Assembly (NCBI GenBank): GCA_030141605.1
Contig: JAQGDQ010000048.1
Span: forward strand, 817,466-881,465
Direction of reading: 5' to 3'
DNA: 64,000 nucleotides
Source: Tubiluchus corallicola
Lineage: Eukaryota > Animalia > Priapulida
The notes under the pieces were generated by a model. It did no database searches, had not been told where the DNA came from, and saw only the letters and a list, made by a program, of their open reading frames with translations. The translations under genes and the position numbers were made by a program. Shown here in pieces: positions 11,985 to 26,800 of this stretch (its first letter is position 1; every line of letters begins with the position of its first letter).

Positions 11985-14207
11985 TTAATTAACTTTTTTC
12001 GCCACATGTGCCTTATTAGGTTGGTGGTGAAAATCATTAGTTATTGCTGTATGCTTTAGTGATAAAGATGAACAGAAACTATAATTATAATACTTTTGTT
12101 ATGCCTTTTTGGGTAATATATGGCATCCAAATTGATCAGCTCATGCATTTTTGCACAAATTTAATAGTGGACTAAAATGCTTTAATTTTAAATATCATTT
12201 ATTTCTTAATTTCAGTACTTGAGTTTGTCTAAAACTTGTGCAAATTGATAATTACTGATCTTTATCTACATAAGCTTAAACAACAATTTAGTAAAGTATT
12301 AAAATTCTTTACATCCGTGAGGTTATTTAGTTAGTCTTGTGGTATTGCTGTGAAGTAAGCCACTACAGGTTCCTGTAATGTTTATGTACATTATCTGTTT
12401 TTGCTGGCGGCATAGTACGGCTATACTTCGCTAATCTTTTAAAAGGCGCAAGTTAGCAGTAATCCAAGTTTTTTTAGTTATACATTTACTGGTACGTGAC
12501 CAGTGATCATTTGTTCTTTATTCTAAAGGTTCAACAAATGGTTTTCGTATTATATAGCTACTTTGAACTGTATAGTTTGGCAATGGTAACCATTTAGCAA
12601 AGGCAAATAAGCGTGTGTTGTCAGAGATCTTGACTGAATGCAACTCGATACTAGTTTAATAGCATGCAGACCTAGCGTACACAAACTCTCCTAGCTCAAC
12701 TTATTTCTACGTATGTAAACTGCCTGTTGAAGTTTATTTTTTCACGTTCTGTGCAAATAAACTGAGCCAGCAGCAAGAATTAACGGTTGTTATGTCTTAC
12801 TAGCGCAGCGGTTAAAGCCATTTCTCCAGCGCGGTGGCTGGAGAGAGAAAGTTGTTTTTGAAATGCCCTTTGCAAATGGCTTGCGATTTTCAAAGGTTGT
12901 GTAAAGTTTGGGGTTGATTTAAAGACTTGTGTTTACAGTGAGAAGACAAATACCAAATATAGGCCGGATCGATAATTACAAGCAACTTTTTATGCAAAAG
13001 AAATTGATAATTTAATTCTACAGTATTAAACGTCGAGCGTAAATTTGTCACACTTTGCATGATACGTATGTTTTGGTGATATTTGTTTTAGTTCTGCCTT
13101 TTTTATCTGAAACCTAAAAACTTATTAAATATTAACGGCTCTTTGCCAGGTCTTATTTCTTGCTGTTTTAATTGTTCAATAAGCTGCGGAACAAATGCAA
13201 TACTTTATCGTTTCTCCTTGTAAGCGCTATTGCGTGGTTCTTAGATCGTGGATACCATGGTAGTGGGCGGTAATGGGGGCGTTAAATATATGGAATTCGA
13301 GGTGCATTGAAATATGTGCTTGTCCATGCAGTATATTAGTTTTAACCTTACCGCAGAAGATGCAGTGAAGTTTCTTTTGGACTTCGTAAGCAACAGTTTT
13401 CAATTTACTAATAGCACGTAACATTTACATATATACATATCTTACTGATCATGCCAAATTTATATATATGCTCAACAGTCACTCTCAACTAGTTTTACCC
13501 ACTATTTACGATAAAAACTGATTTTAAGCACTATTGTTCTGTTCCTTATCGGTTTTGAGCTCCGTTTCCAGAACGCAACATGAGTGTACCCAATGACGCA
13601 CCAAGCACAAGGGCTCTATCCCTCCTTTGGTGTGGGCCTTGATTCCTTCTTTGGCATTTGTCCAAGATTTTTGCGAATTCTTCTGTGCGCCTAGACCTTG
13701 GTGCCCACCCTAAACGAGGCAGCTTTATGCCTATTGCTGCTGACCTCGCAGCTAATGATGTTAAGCTAGCTATAAAACTATCATCGTATAGCAATTAACC
13801 TAGACCTGAGCAACCAAAGATCATTAGTGAACACTAATTAGCTTAAGATGCGCAGTAGTTTCTTATGTTACAAGACGTTAGTGAGGGTGGACCAAAACAT
13901 CAAGCGAAACGAATCTTTACGTCTTGGTTTTTCTTACGTGTCATTCTTGAACATCTACGCCTGAGGTCATTAACTCATTCATTGTTCCACGATTAATTTA
14001 TTTCTTGTTTTTTGTTTGCGTCTGTGTGAAAATCGAATCAATTATTAGTTATTTGAAATCAAAAATCAAACTTTACTTTCAGTGTTATTGATTTTGTTTA
14101 CTTTCAAGATATTTTGACCAGCACCACTGTTATCATGATTTTCATCACTTTCTTCATAATCTTTTTCACCAGGAATCATCGTTAGCTTCACAGTTGTCAT
14201 TATCATA

Positions 14208-14208
<1 letters not shown>

Positions 14209-14265
<57 letters not shown>
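14209..14265. repeat. (CAT)n microsatellite
   Basis: Directly visible; explains the poly-Met ORF. Confidence 0.95.
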
Positions 14266-17000
14266 CCATTACATCATCATTGTCATTGTCATTGTCTATT
14301 ATCACCATTGATATCACTCGTCCTTAGGCATACAAAAGAAACACTAAGATAAAATCCTCCAGCGTACAGTATTGGTAAAATGTGAAGTGGAATTAGTTTG
14401 ACTTTACCATGCATGCGCATTTCAATAATACGTAGAGGATTTGGGCTTTGAGAAATTGAATCTATATCTTATGCATGAGAAATTGATTCAGTTCTGTCCT
14501 CTAGATGTCATTGCCGATCATTACTTGGTTTAAATGTTGCCAAATCGCATGTCTTAAATATCTTCCCGGAAGATGTAATGACGTATCATTATCCGCTTTT
14601 ACACATTAAATGTTAATTTACGATTTAAATTTACGCAAGGGCGGTGCCTAGGTCATCTTCTTCTTCGGGGTAAAAGACTCACATGCCAAAATATGAGGTT
14701 CGTGCTTTGCGAACATGGTAAAATCTGGGTGGCTATGTATTTATCGATTTTTTTGTTCCTATACTTTGTGAATTTTTGACCACGTTGCATGCAAGTTTTA
14801 CTGTTAATCAGAAGAATTATTTAAACGATAACGTGTGATGCATCCAACGTGAATTATTGACTAATTTTTCGATTTTAATTTGCCTTTTGTTTAGTGTGGG
14901 TTTCGCTGTCTTCAGCGTGAAGAGCAGGGTTTCTTTTTGATGTCTGGCTGGTGAGAAAAATAGGGGCGGCGTTCCCAAATTTCCGCATAATTTTCTTTGT
15001 GGCAGTAACTGATTTGTTGAGGACAAGGTTTTAGGACCCTATTATGTTAACTGTTGCAACAATGTCGATGTACAATTACCATAGCTAAGGCAGCCCTGAT
15101 ATCTTTGATTATCACAGATACACAATGACCTAACAGCTTTCGACGCTCTACTTACGGACCAAATTATAATTTTTATTATAATTTATAAATATAATTAATA
15201 ATAAGTTTTTGGTGATAGTCAGTCTGATTTTTAGTAGAAATACCGCGTAATGACTGCGTGGGTAGGACAAGGATTTCCGAAGTCGTGAATTTCAACGTTC
15301 CTAAAAACTATAGAACTGCCTTTGTTCTGACTCTCAAAAGCTCCATCCTGCATGAAACAATGGTTGATCTGTAAAAATTCAAATCTACCATTATGACTCT
15401 TTGCACACTCCGTACTTAATACAAGAACCGTCCTAATCACATTTTTACGCCCTACTCTTGTGTTTGGTTTGGTATAATTGCTAACGACAAGCACTTTCCT
15501 CTGTCTGTTAGTATATGATACGTGTGTAAACAGCAGAGAATAGGATTTATTTCAAGTGGCTCATCAAACCGTCTATTGCTACAACTGTCAGTTTTGTTGA
15601 CGTAGAGGAATCCGTATCCTATGTATGAGTAACATTGTGACTGGCTTCCTTTAACGGGTTCAACTGGGGCGGATTTAAAGGATGGAAGAAACGACTGCTG
15701 ACTGAGGTTCGCTTTGAGGAGCCAATTTTACGTGAACGATAAATACTCGTTTGGTATTACAACTGTTGTATGTCATTTCAAGCAGCCAACTTCCTAAAAA
15801 AAGTCAGGTTGATATTAAATATTAGCTTTAAAGTCGTTCTGTTGTTAAAGATAAATCATAGACCAAATAAATACACAGTCAGATAAATAGATTAGATAAA
15901 TATACAGTTTTTACTCAGTGTTTTATATTTTTAAATTTCGTTTAGTTATGGCTCTACGCATTTTAACGGTATTTCGGTGATAGACGGAGTCTTTCCGTTC
16001 GAGTATGTGTGCATTAATTCTTCTGTTCTTCTAATTAATGCAGCTGATAATGTTCAGCGTCCTAGTATCCTTGAGTTTCTGTCCCTGTCAATTTATGTAC
16101 GTTAGGTTCTCCTCAAATGTTGTAGATAGCTGACATTCACCCACTTATGCTTGATTTAGCTGGCATGTTTGACCAGAAGCCCTATCTATGTATTCAAGTA
16201 TAAATGTCTGTTTGGTTAGATGGCATTAGAAATGAATTAACAAATTCCGGATTTGTTTACACAGCCTGTTGTATATTCTGCCCCATCTGCAGGCCAGTAT
16301 AGAAGTAATAGCTGTGTGTAACATTTCTATATCCCCGTCAACCGCTTACAGTTTCTGCAGCATTACTAGGCCAATGTAGTAGTATGGATATAACATTGCT
16401 ATGTCACACTCATTTGTATTTGTGTTTCTTGTGTACATTAATAACGTTTCTGCACCGCAGTCAATGGTATTTTCTATTCAGTTTGCAACATATTATCGTA
16501 ATAAGGATATAATTTTCCTATTTCATGGCCTCTGTCTATTGCTATAGAACAACGTTTGTAACAGTTTATTAAGGTTTAACAAATATAATAGCAGAACAAT
16601 GCCACAAGGATGATGGTTAGTAAGATCAAAATTTTTTAGGCATTACGGGATTGAGCGCGTGACCGGATACAATATGTAGCTAAATGAAGTCATGCAGATG
16701 TTACCTATTTTGGCGATGGTTTCTCATTATAGTAGTACTAAAGCTGAATATCATGTTTCGTTTCGTTAGATGATGCTGTGACATTCTTGAACCATTTTAT
16801 CATGCATATTTAAGCTTGTTCATTTGTCATTTCTTTTATTATTATTTACTTTATCGTAAGCTCGAATTACATTGTCTTTTATTTGTTTTATTTACTAAAT
16901 AAACTAGTTTATGACAAATTTAGGAAGCACACCAAATACCAATTTTCTCGCTTTATTTTCTTAAATCTGTTTTAATTAATTTTGTATATATATATTTCAG

Positions 17001-17059
17001 GTTTATAAATGCACGGCGGCGGATAGTACAGCCCATGATTGACCAATCAAATCGAGCGG
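17001..17059 (+). CDS. Meis: Meis paralogue A, 59-nt exon (W/FINARRRIVQPMIDQSNRA), homeodomain helix 3
   Basis: Acceptor tttcag ends at 17000, donor GTAAGT at 17060. Completes the split Trp codon (TG|G). WFINARRRIVQPM is diagnostic of Meis. Confidence 0.97.
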
Positions 17060-17128
17060 GTAAGTCGCCCTTGGTAACAGTGTTTAAGCGGAAACACCAT
17101 GCATCCGAGTCACCAGATCAGTCTCCAG
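17060..17128 (+). CDS. Meis: Putative alternative 3' extension of the 59-nt exon of paralogue A (GKSPLVTVFKRKHHASESPDQSP), using a second donor at 17129 or reading through to TGA at 17149-17151
   Basis: 69 nt, open and frame-preserving, ending at CAG|GTAGGG in the same phase as the first donor. The peptide resembles, from memory, the extension after QSNRA in some vertebrate MEIS1 isoforms. Confidence 0.7.
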
Positions 17129-17739
17129 GTAGGGATCAGCCACATTGTTGATAGAGCTCCCTCTATTTGCAAACATCGGTGACACATGGCAACGACGTGT
17201 AACATGTCTGCAAATTTGTAAACATGTAGCTTTTTTGAGATCTAAGCTTGTTCCCCAAGAATGGGTAAAAATTTAGAATGTTTGTTGTCTAAAACAATGG
17301 AAAAGGCTGACCTCTACTTGTTGACATTTGACCTAGAATAGTCTGTTGATCTGGTTTGCTGTGTAGCATTAGAATGTTTGCATTTGTCAGGGGTTCTAAT
17401 TCACAGGAAGTCTTGCATGAGTTTGAAGAAGTTATCTTCATTTTGTGGCTTTTGTAAGTCACACATAAATTGCCATATTGAAGTTCATATATATATAATA
17501 CAGAGTTCCAAGTTATCATGTTGTTGGCTTACTCAACTATTTAAACGGTTTAAGAATTATCGTGTTTCCCTTTGGTATCTTTGATACAGAAATTTTATTT
17601 CGTTAAAATTACCGTTAAATTAAATTACATTTGATCAAAGTAAATTAAATTAAAATTAAAATTGAATTGGTAATAGTATCATAATAATTTAAATTTAGCT
17701 TATTTAATTACTCTAAGTCTTGACACACTTATTGTGTAT

Positions 17740-18545
17740 ATGGTTTTTAAATCAATAGAGCTACATGTTGATGGTCAACCATTTAAATAAACTAAATGCT
17801 AAATAAACGTCTAGCTCAGCTACTGTGCGATTTGGAGTCCTGCAAGGGCTCACTTCGAACGAATTTTCTCTCTTCTTCACATAAACAATTTTTTTTACTA
17901 ATACTAAAATGAATTGCAAACTTTTTGCCGATGATACAGATCTTTTTAAAGCTGACACTAGTATTAACTGCCTTGAAATTTCTATTAATATCGAACTTGC
18001 TAAAATTAATGACTGGAAGAGTGCTAACTATCTTTCTTTGATTATCTTAAAACAACATACATGATCATTGGTAAAAGCAAAAAAGTTAAAAATGTAGAAT
18101 TAAATCTAATGATGGGTAACCATTTTCTGCAGCATACCAGCCAAATATATAGGAATAATTATTGGCTATAAATTGACATGGGTTTCTCATATTCGCCATG
18201 TCATCAGTATGACAAGTAGAATGAACAGAATGAACTTTAAAATTAAACAAACCATCAGAAAAGATACTATACAATGAAACTCATTTATTCCTGATTGGTT
18301 ATGCCTTATCTGCTGTATGCCATATTAGCATGGGATACAGTATCTCATTTGGCCCTGAAACCCCTACTTTCTCTTTATAGTCAGTCAAAATCAATTTATT
18401 AAATTAATGACCTATGCCAGTAGAAAGGCACCAAAGACTCATGTTACACCATTGTATTATGAATTGAAAATACTGAAACTAAAAGATTACGGATTCTCTA
18501 CTGATATCTGCTATTTTATGTATTAAGTACCTAATAATAACGCAG
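17740..18545 (+). mobile_element. Decayed non-LTR retrotransposon (CR1/L2/Crack-like LINE) ORF2 reverse transcriptase fragment
   Basis: Frameshifted RT motifs in the expected order: FGVLQG (~17831), KLFADDTDLF (17918-17947), NIELAKINDW..NYLSL (~17986), HVTPLYYELKILKLKD (~18440) and YFMY. Confidence 0.8.
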
Positions 18546-21500
18546 AAGTCCTACTATAGTAATATTTATATATGCTTCACCTAGTATCATGGATTTAGTT
18601 TTTTAAAAAATTACTTGAAAGTGATATCATTTACATTTCTTATATATTCACATTCCTGAAAGGGAAGGAAAGTGCACCCAATCAAACTCTTCTTGTCAAT
18701 ATACATTAATCAGTAATTGATTACAGTTTTGAAATACCCTAAAGTGCCGCTTTAAGTCCTCAGATAGAAAGACATAGTAGATTAGTAGATGATAATTGAT
18801 TTTTATTCTGCAATCGATCTTTTGAAATGCTATAGTAATATTTTTCGTACATTATTACTAAGTTTAATGACATTTCTCCTTATTATAAGTAGGTAAGTAT
18901 ATATATAAGAATTTATAACAAGCACGTGAATTAATTAATCCAGTGAATTTAAATTAGTTATGCAAAAATATAGTAATACGTTATTTTTTTAAATAGCTTA
19001 TAATATTAATAATAGCAAGTAATACATATTTGTTAATTTGGTTATCCGAGTTGTAGTGTGTACTGATGTGTTATGCTGTATTAATTTTATGATGAGCTGG
19101 GGCAGCACATTGCTTATGATATGGACCATCCCTGTCTTCTTCACCGCTAACATGTTTCTTCTCCTTTTGTAATTGTTGTTTTGTTGCATTATGTGCCTAA
19201 GAGAAGTAAAATAAATTATCTATGTTTTGTCTATGCAGTATGTCTATTTTGTTGAACAACGTTTTATGCCTACTGACAATTTATTTATTTTTATCCTGGC
19301 TAATTTGATGAACATTTTGCATTAGGTATTTGTTGTTTTAACTTTTATATTATCTGTGCGTATCCAATGTAATTTTAGTATGGCACTATATATCTTCTTT
19401 TTTCGGGAATATGTTCTAATTTTTGTGCAATTCTGTCAAAATATGAAGTTAGTAACTTTGCATCAGAGCCTACTGAGTGGGCCAAACACAATTAGAAAAT
19501 GGATGTTTACTTGTATTGCAGTGTGGTGAAATCAGAATTACAACATTTCTGAAAAACAAAAAATGCGGCAATGGATAACATAACATGTAATTTTTTCATC
19601 CTTTTTGCCGGTTGTCGATTATTGCTCCTGTGTGACTCACAAATCATACTTTACGTGTTGAACTCAGCTGGTTGTACCATTGCCTGCACGGCTCTCGTAA
19701 ACTCACCAGTCTTCACTCAGTTTATGCTCTCTATAATTTATGATTTCATGCTTTTACTTTAATGGTTGCTGTAAATTACCTGTGAGCCACCGAATCCATT
19801 TCGATCGTGTACTTTTGGCTAGCAAAAAGTGGTTTTTGTTTAGCCGCTTCTGAAACTCATTCGATGTTGTGCTCGCCGCGACCCCTGGGAGCATTTTTCG
19901 GCCATTTTGAGCGTGGGATATTGCGGCGTAATGCGTCTTTATGCGCAATTGCTGGAGAGTATAAGAGCGAAAAATAAACGCTGTTGTAAATCAATAAGGA
20001 AGTTGGTGCTTGATTTTTTTACATGTATCCAATGCTTTTGTTGTCTCTATGACAGTTTATATTGTTTAATCTTGATAGAACCTGCTAATTAATTGCTAGT
20101 AATTCTACCAATTCCTCCTGCAAGCGTGAGCAGCCATAATTATGTATAGAATAGGCCCTGTGAGGATTCTATGGCCTTTTTCGACGAGTTTGATTCTGTT
20201 ACGTTTTATTTCGTTTTTATTTTTCGATTTTTGTCTACACCTTTAGTCTGGAGCCACGAACCTATTTAGCGTCGTTTTTTCATGTTTGTAGTCTACCATT
20301 AGCAGCATACATACTTGACAAGAGTTCGTTAAGACATCACAACGGCAAATTAGCTGGTTCTTGGGCCTGTAGGGCTAGATACCTAGGAATGTAACGAAGA
20401 CGGTCTGACAGAGACAAACGACTATGTCTTATTTTCGTTTAAAATGTGAGCAACTGTCACCAAAGGCCGAGCTTTTTCTATGAACTAAAGAGTTTTAATG
20501 TGTCACCTAATGCAGTGGCGCTTTGATGGTTAAATAAGTTATGATGGTTCAAGTGTTATAAGTAAAAACAATTATATTAAAATATTTTTCAAGTAAAGGT
20601 ATCTAGGTAGGTCTCGTATTGGTATTTGGCAAGTAATGGTTGACAGGCTCTGGCCTACAGCTTTATGAGCAGTACAAGTGAAGGAAATCAGCTCCTTCGG
20701 AACATAAAATTATAAATTAATCGGCTTCCTTTCTGTTTCAAATCCTAATCTTCACTTTTTTTATTTATCATCTGTTTGACATGTCCGGCGCACTATAACC
20801 TCTTCCCTATAGTTTCTTCCTTCTCTTCCCTTCTCCAATTAACGAGTTTTCTTCGTCTTTTGGGTGTACTGTTTTCAAATTATCTAACTTCAAAAGTTTA
20901 AACGTACCTATCACGGATCCAGACTTTTTAACCTAATTTCGCTGTTCTGATTAGGTATCATCTTCAGGTGCCAGGGTGCAGTTTGTAATAGGTCATCAAA
21001 GTGAACTCTGCGTTCTGCATACTTTGCATTCTGGTCCCAGTTTGTCATTCATTGTCTGTTTTAGCACCCTTGTTCTTATCATGTGTGTTGCTGTGTGCAG
21101 CAGTTTTTTGATTGTGTGCATTAAATATATAACACTTATGTGTTTGATGGTCGTTTTGCTCTAAATAAAATTTACTTATTTTGCCACACAAATTTTGACA
21201 ACGCACACTCATCATCATCACTTTCCCCATTTCAATGTTGCTTGTTGCAAGCGAAAGCCGGCATCACCATTTTGGAAATGCAGACATTGTGGAAGAAAGA
21301 AGTTCATGCTTGCATTTTTGATGCCAAAGCCGGACATTTCTCGCGCGATTATACTACATGTAGTATTCGTTCCCTGCAGTTTTTGATTGTCTTTTATACT
21401 GGGTTTCCTGGATCGCTTGTTGCCCGTTTCTTCTACGTAGAGGTACGGCGGGCTTCTAAAAGAACCCTAAGATGTTGGGGTAATGGTTTTGCAGAGAAAA

Positions 21501-23269
21501 CTTCTGTGCTTCAATAATAGTTCCATTTCTCAGAATTTATTTTCTCTTCGCTGACTAATGCAATAAGTAGTTGATAGGAGGAGTTAGAGTCAATTAAGTG
21601 TTTAGCAGTCTAAGTTTAGTGCCAGCTTCAACAGAAAGCAATTACAATTCGCCGCTTTTATGACCATTGGCGGAAAATGAAAACGCCGTTTGCCCGATTG
21701 CTGCATTGAAACTTCGTTCTGTGGCGACCGCCAGTACGTTTAAACGGCGTTTAGCTCTATCATGGCGCACTGAAACCGACGTAAACTGGCATTGTATGCC
21801 AGCCAACGATGTTGTAACTAGTTTAATAGTCAATTCTTCAACACTTTGTCTCTGCCAGCCACTTCCTTATTCGGCTGTGTTTATGATGGCTAAACCTCTG
21901 ATGGGAAAAGCTTGTTTTAGTGCAGATTAAATGTTGTTTTATAGCCGACTGCAGATCATTCTTGGCCGGCCGTAAAACGATGATATTCAGCATGCGAGGT
22001 GTTTGTGATCAGTCGCTTTGGTGCTTTCAGAAAATCATTTCAGGACCGTAAAACATCGCAGCAACTGGTCGTTAAAGTTGGACATTCTCTCGTAAAAGTT
22101 TCAGGTTGGAATGAAACAGTCCCATTGTGCAGCTTGTTGATGCTGCGGGCTAAGATCGTAAATATTTCATTGTCCGGGGGAGGTAGTGAGCTCTCCGTCC
22201 AAGCAGATGTCACCCCCGACAGTTTTACGACTCGGCTTATTCGTGATTGAAAGATCATAAAAGTAAAGTTCACTCATCCGAGATGTGCGTCGTCTCCGCG
22301 GGGAGGCGTTCGTAATGCCCAACTTCAAATGGTCATAAATTTAAACGAAATTTATTCCCTGCCCACTGAATTGACTTGTATTTTCAGTAATTGTACTGTG
22401 TTGATTAAAACACTCACCTTGCCTTACCTGCTTTGAAGTGTAATTGACTGTCCGTTTTATGCTACGTTTAATGTGAAATGTTTTAGTAATTTTAATTTAT
22501 TCGAGTGTTATCAGCATAGTGAGTTGAGAACATTCCCACGCGTAAATGAACGAATTGAAAAGTTTAATTGAAATGTTTGTATCGTGATGATACATTGTAA
22601 TAGCAGTTTTTATAAAAATTGTAATAAATAATTTACAATGTGCATTAATTGGGCATTGTCATGCATATATGTTGCAGAAGATTGAATTGTAGTTTTTTTA
22701 CATAACGATTTGTAATTACTTTTTATCAAAAATTGCTTATTTTTATGTTGTCTTATCACGAACAAGAATGAAGTTGAGTAGTGCTAACTAAATACACAAG
22801 TATTTTTAAATAAAAAAAACAAGGAAAAAATCGTTAATGGTAGCTAAATGGTAATTTTGACTTAATAAAGCAATTACTACAACAAAACAGAAGCACACTG
22901 CACAGAAAACTATAACTGAAAACGTTGCGAAATAAAAACAAAGAGCGCCACAAACGTATATACTGTTGATGTGGTCGAGTTCTGTTTCAAAATAAGAAGT
23001 CGTTGGTCTACTTGGCTTTAAAGGAAAACAGGGCCTACTTTCAAACTACGGTGCACAATGATCTAATGTATAAAATATTGAAAGGAAAAATGATGTTTCT
23101 TTAAAAATGGCTTACCTGAAGGAATTATTTCTGCGGAAACTTAATTTTGTTTCCGCACGGTTAGTTTTTTGCTGTTGCACGCGTTTCGCCATTCGTAGTT
23201 AGATGGACAACAACACCTGTATCTGGGAAATGTGTTGCACAAAAATAGGCACTATACCTGGTTGTAAGA

Positions 23270-23808
23270 CCAGGGTGAGAAACAGCAATTCCTCAAAGCG
23301 AGTTACATATTGCCAACTAAATCCTACACGAACCACCCCTAATTCCTCAAGAAACCTTCGAATTATATCGAATAGCTTTCACTCGACAGCATCTGCAATG
23401 AAAATTGAAAAAGGACGGTGGAGCCGCCAACATCGAGAACAAAGATTATGCCAATGTGGATCCATACAAACGGAAGAACATTTATTAAATTAAAATCATT
23501 AATTTATTAACTGACCACTTAAGAAGGCAGTTTACCGATGTATACTTCAAATCATTAACCTCAATATTGTCTTGTAAAAAAGCTTTTAAAATTTGTTGTC
23601 TTTTTCTGAGTGTTTGAATGTGTGTATAGTTAAATTACCTTGTGTGAATTTTAATTAAAATAGTTTAATAGTGAAGCTGCGTTTTGATGTCGTGCACTAT
23701 AATGTTGTAAACTCTGTGGACTAATTCTATGTTACCCCACCATTGCTAAATATATGTTATGTTGTAAAAAAATTAGTCAATAAAAATCTATTAATACTAC
23801 TACTACTA
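23270..23808 (+). mobile_element. 3' end of a decayed LINE: ORF2 C-terminal Cys/His motif, 3' UTR and (TAC)n tail
   Basis: KIEKGRWSRQHREQRLCQCGSIQTEEHLL matches the IExGR..RLC..C...E.E.H motif of CR1/L2-group ORF2. AATAAA near 23779 is followed by tactactactact. Confidence 0.7.
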
Positions 23809-26800
23809 AGAAGATAGTTGTAACGTGGGTACACACTTATCAGATCACGAATTTCAACAATGTTCTACACAATAGTTATTTCAATTTTCTCTCTTTCGTA
23901 AGTGTGTGCAACATGCTCACGGAACGTTTCTACCATTATAAACTTACATTCAGAATTGACGTCATCGCTAGGTAAGTTCGCTGGCCATCAATAAAGTTCG
24001 AAGCTAATAATTAAATTTAGAAATACTTTGGCATTACTAAAGGCCATAAAATTTACATTCTTATCATACTTCAAAATGGGGTGGAATCTGAAAAATCACC
24101 CTATTTTCCTGTAACAAAAATGAGGGTAACAGAAAAAGCAGGCTATCAAAAACAAACCAAGTTCTTCGTATGATAACAATACGTTGTACTGATTGTAGCA
24201 TGGGACAACACTTAATATGAGAACTAGCGAGAAATTGCTAGAAATAATTGCGTGTCCCTGTTTGCAAGGAGCCTGGCACATTGTAATTTTTAGGATTTTC
24301 ACCCCAGTATCAGAAAACAGCGAAGATGATTTATAGAAGATGATATTACCTTTGATACTGATGGTGCTTCTGTAGTATTGTTATTTGTTGGTTGAATAAA
24401 AAATCGTATACATTAAGTCATTCTAATATTTCTGATGCCAACATGCGAATAATCCTGGTGGCGTGTTTTTCTTCATAAGTCCTAGATGTTTTTACAGAGA
24501 AGTCGTGGTTGCGCGACTAAATTTTCAGCTGTTCATGTATCACTGAGCAGGAGAGACCTTAACCATGTGAAAAATACTAACAAACTCAACTGTCCATGGC
24601 TGACCGGCTGATTTGAACGTTGCGTGAGTTAAACTGACAGCATCATTTGTCAGTTGCGTATTGTCTAAGATGGCTGGGGAGTTGGGTGTGTAATTTTTCT
24701 GCTTTCATGCGACGTATTCTGCACTTTTGTCTTCATCAATCAATGATGATCATGAAGCTGATGGAAGACACGTTTGAAGGACACTTCCTCATTTATGAAA
24801 CAGCTGCCGAGGTTGACTGCTTGAGTTACATGATATATGTAAATGTGAGTTAAATGGCAACACTTTCACTGTTAGGCCTATTATATGTTTCATATAATGT
24901 AAACCACTCTTTTTGCGTTTCGCTTTCTAGTTCCGCTGAGTGCATCTGACTTCTAAAATATTAGCCCAAGACAACTGTTGATTTAACTTTGAAACAACGA
25001 TAGTCCTAGTTTACTATCTTGATGTCCACTGATTCAGCAATTATACTTTATAATGCATCAATACAGTATATAGTCTCTCTATAAAATATGTGTTAAGTTT
25101 TAGGTGTCATGCAGGTAAAGTTTCTGTTTTGATTCAAGAACTCTGTCTTTCGTAATTTTCAGTCAATTCAATTTCGTCGGTTGGCCCTAAATCCGGCCTG
25201 CGCTTGTTTTTCCGTCAGTTTGTGTACGCTGTAATAACCATTCTCGCATGGCGACCGCCATAGTAGCAGCTGCGCTTAGCTTATGTCAAACAAGATGATG
25301 GATGGTCGGTTGTCAGCGAAATTGGAAACGTGGCATTGAGCCCGAGAATACTTGATACTCTGTCCCTTGCAAAAACTTGCTACTGTAGCTTTTTCCGATA
25401 TTGATGCGTTCTTGAGCAGTGACTAGATTTATTGACATTGATAAAACAAAGACATTCTTCTTCCGAGTACTTGCATCTTTTGGCCGGAACTTAATCTGAT
25501 CACTGGGAGATTTCAAAACTTAAAATAACATTTTGGAAAACGCTGTGTATCGTTCCACATCCCTAAATAGATCTAACAATGAAAGACCACCCATAGCTTA
25601 ATTATTTAAGTATAGACAATACTGTAACGCACACTTCTTTTCCCTGCTCTTTGTAACGTGTGTCATGCTCTCCTTAGTGATTATATTTCACTCAATTCCC
25701 GTGTGGTAGAGGATTTTCCAAGGCGGAGGGCTCTAATCGTGTTATGTTCAAGAATAAATTGTTTTCATATTTCATATAGAAATACAAGATATTTCTATGT
25801 GTTTATGTTTTCTAGTTAATTAATTTTTTATGACTTTTATGACTATATGGAAATATGGAGATTCGTATGGATATTAGCCTGCCAATTTCCAAACAACAAT
25901 TTTCTTTCAATTTCTAGAAGTTTGATAACATTTGACAGGTCTATATGTATACCCAATTGTTGCAATTAATTACGATTTTTTATTCATGTATAGCAGTGTT
26001 GAAGTCATCTACAAACTTCGCTTCTCTGGAGCCTAGATGCAGTTATGACACAAACAAACTCTTTACAGATCAATGGCATAGTTTGATGTTCGCCCAGCAT
26101 TATCCAGATTTGCTTTTCCTGCGGGAAAATTGAAGCAATCTCCTTAAAACATCATTTCCTCTAAGGTCTTATTAAGGAAGTTCATCCATCATAGCTACGT
26201 CTGCTGTGCCACTCCTCTGCTCTAAGCATTGTGCTGCTGTTTTAATGGGTTCATTTATTTCTTCTTCTTGTTTGCTTTTACTCTGCGGACAATTTTTGCT
26301 ATAGATTTAATTAGTGTAAATTTTTACCCAGTTCAATCAGAGACGACAAATATGAACTTATATGTGCTACTTTACAAAGTGGTATATTTAGAGAAGTATG
26401 ATCGTTTTACGCGTTTTTTGAGCTATTAACCTACTTGTAATTCGTTGTTGTCTAGCTCATGTTAGCCTATGACGTGATCAAAGCTTTTTTGTTTTTTATT
26501 GCTTATTTGATAGCTTCGAAATGTACTAATACCAGTTAGTATTTTGGTGACATCACTCTTGTCGAAAATTCCTGAATAAATATATTTGAAACGTCATTTT
26601 TTATCTTACCAAAGAGAATTTCTTCAACAGCTTTAGCATGTCAAAGTTGCAGGAATTGCCGAGAATAATATTTTCTTATTAGATCGGATTTTCATGTCTG
26701 CACTCAGTGAGTTTACAAGCGGGTGGTTCTTCTGCCTCGTGTTTGTCCTTAAACCTGCTTCTGTAAACATTAAGACTCAGAAGATTTAAAACTGCTAGCT

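Noticed and set aside
15960-16560. Possible minus-strand LINE fragment
   Set aside because: Composition is suggestive but I could not read diagnostic motifs.
19980-20720. Possible paralogous match to the motif cluster at 43290-43480
   Set aside because: Only scattered 5-7 nt words align; not distinguishable from chance by eye.
21195-21386. FWKCRHCG zinc-finger-like peptide
   Set aside because: An isolated CxxC with no second ligand pair or open context.
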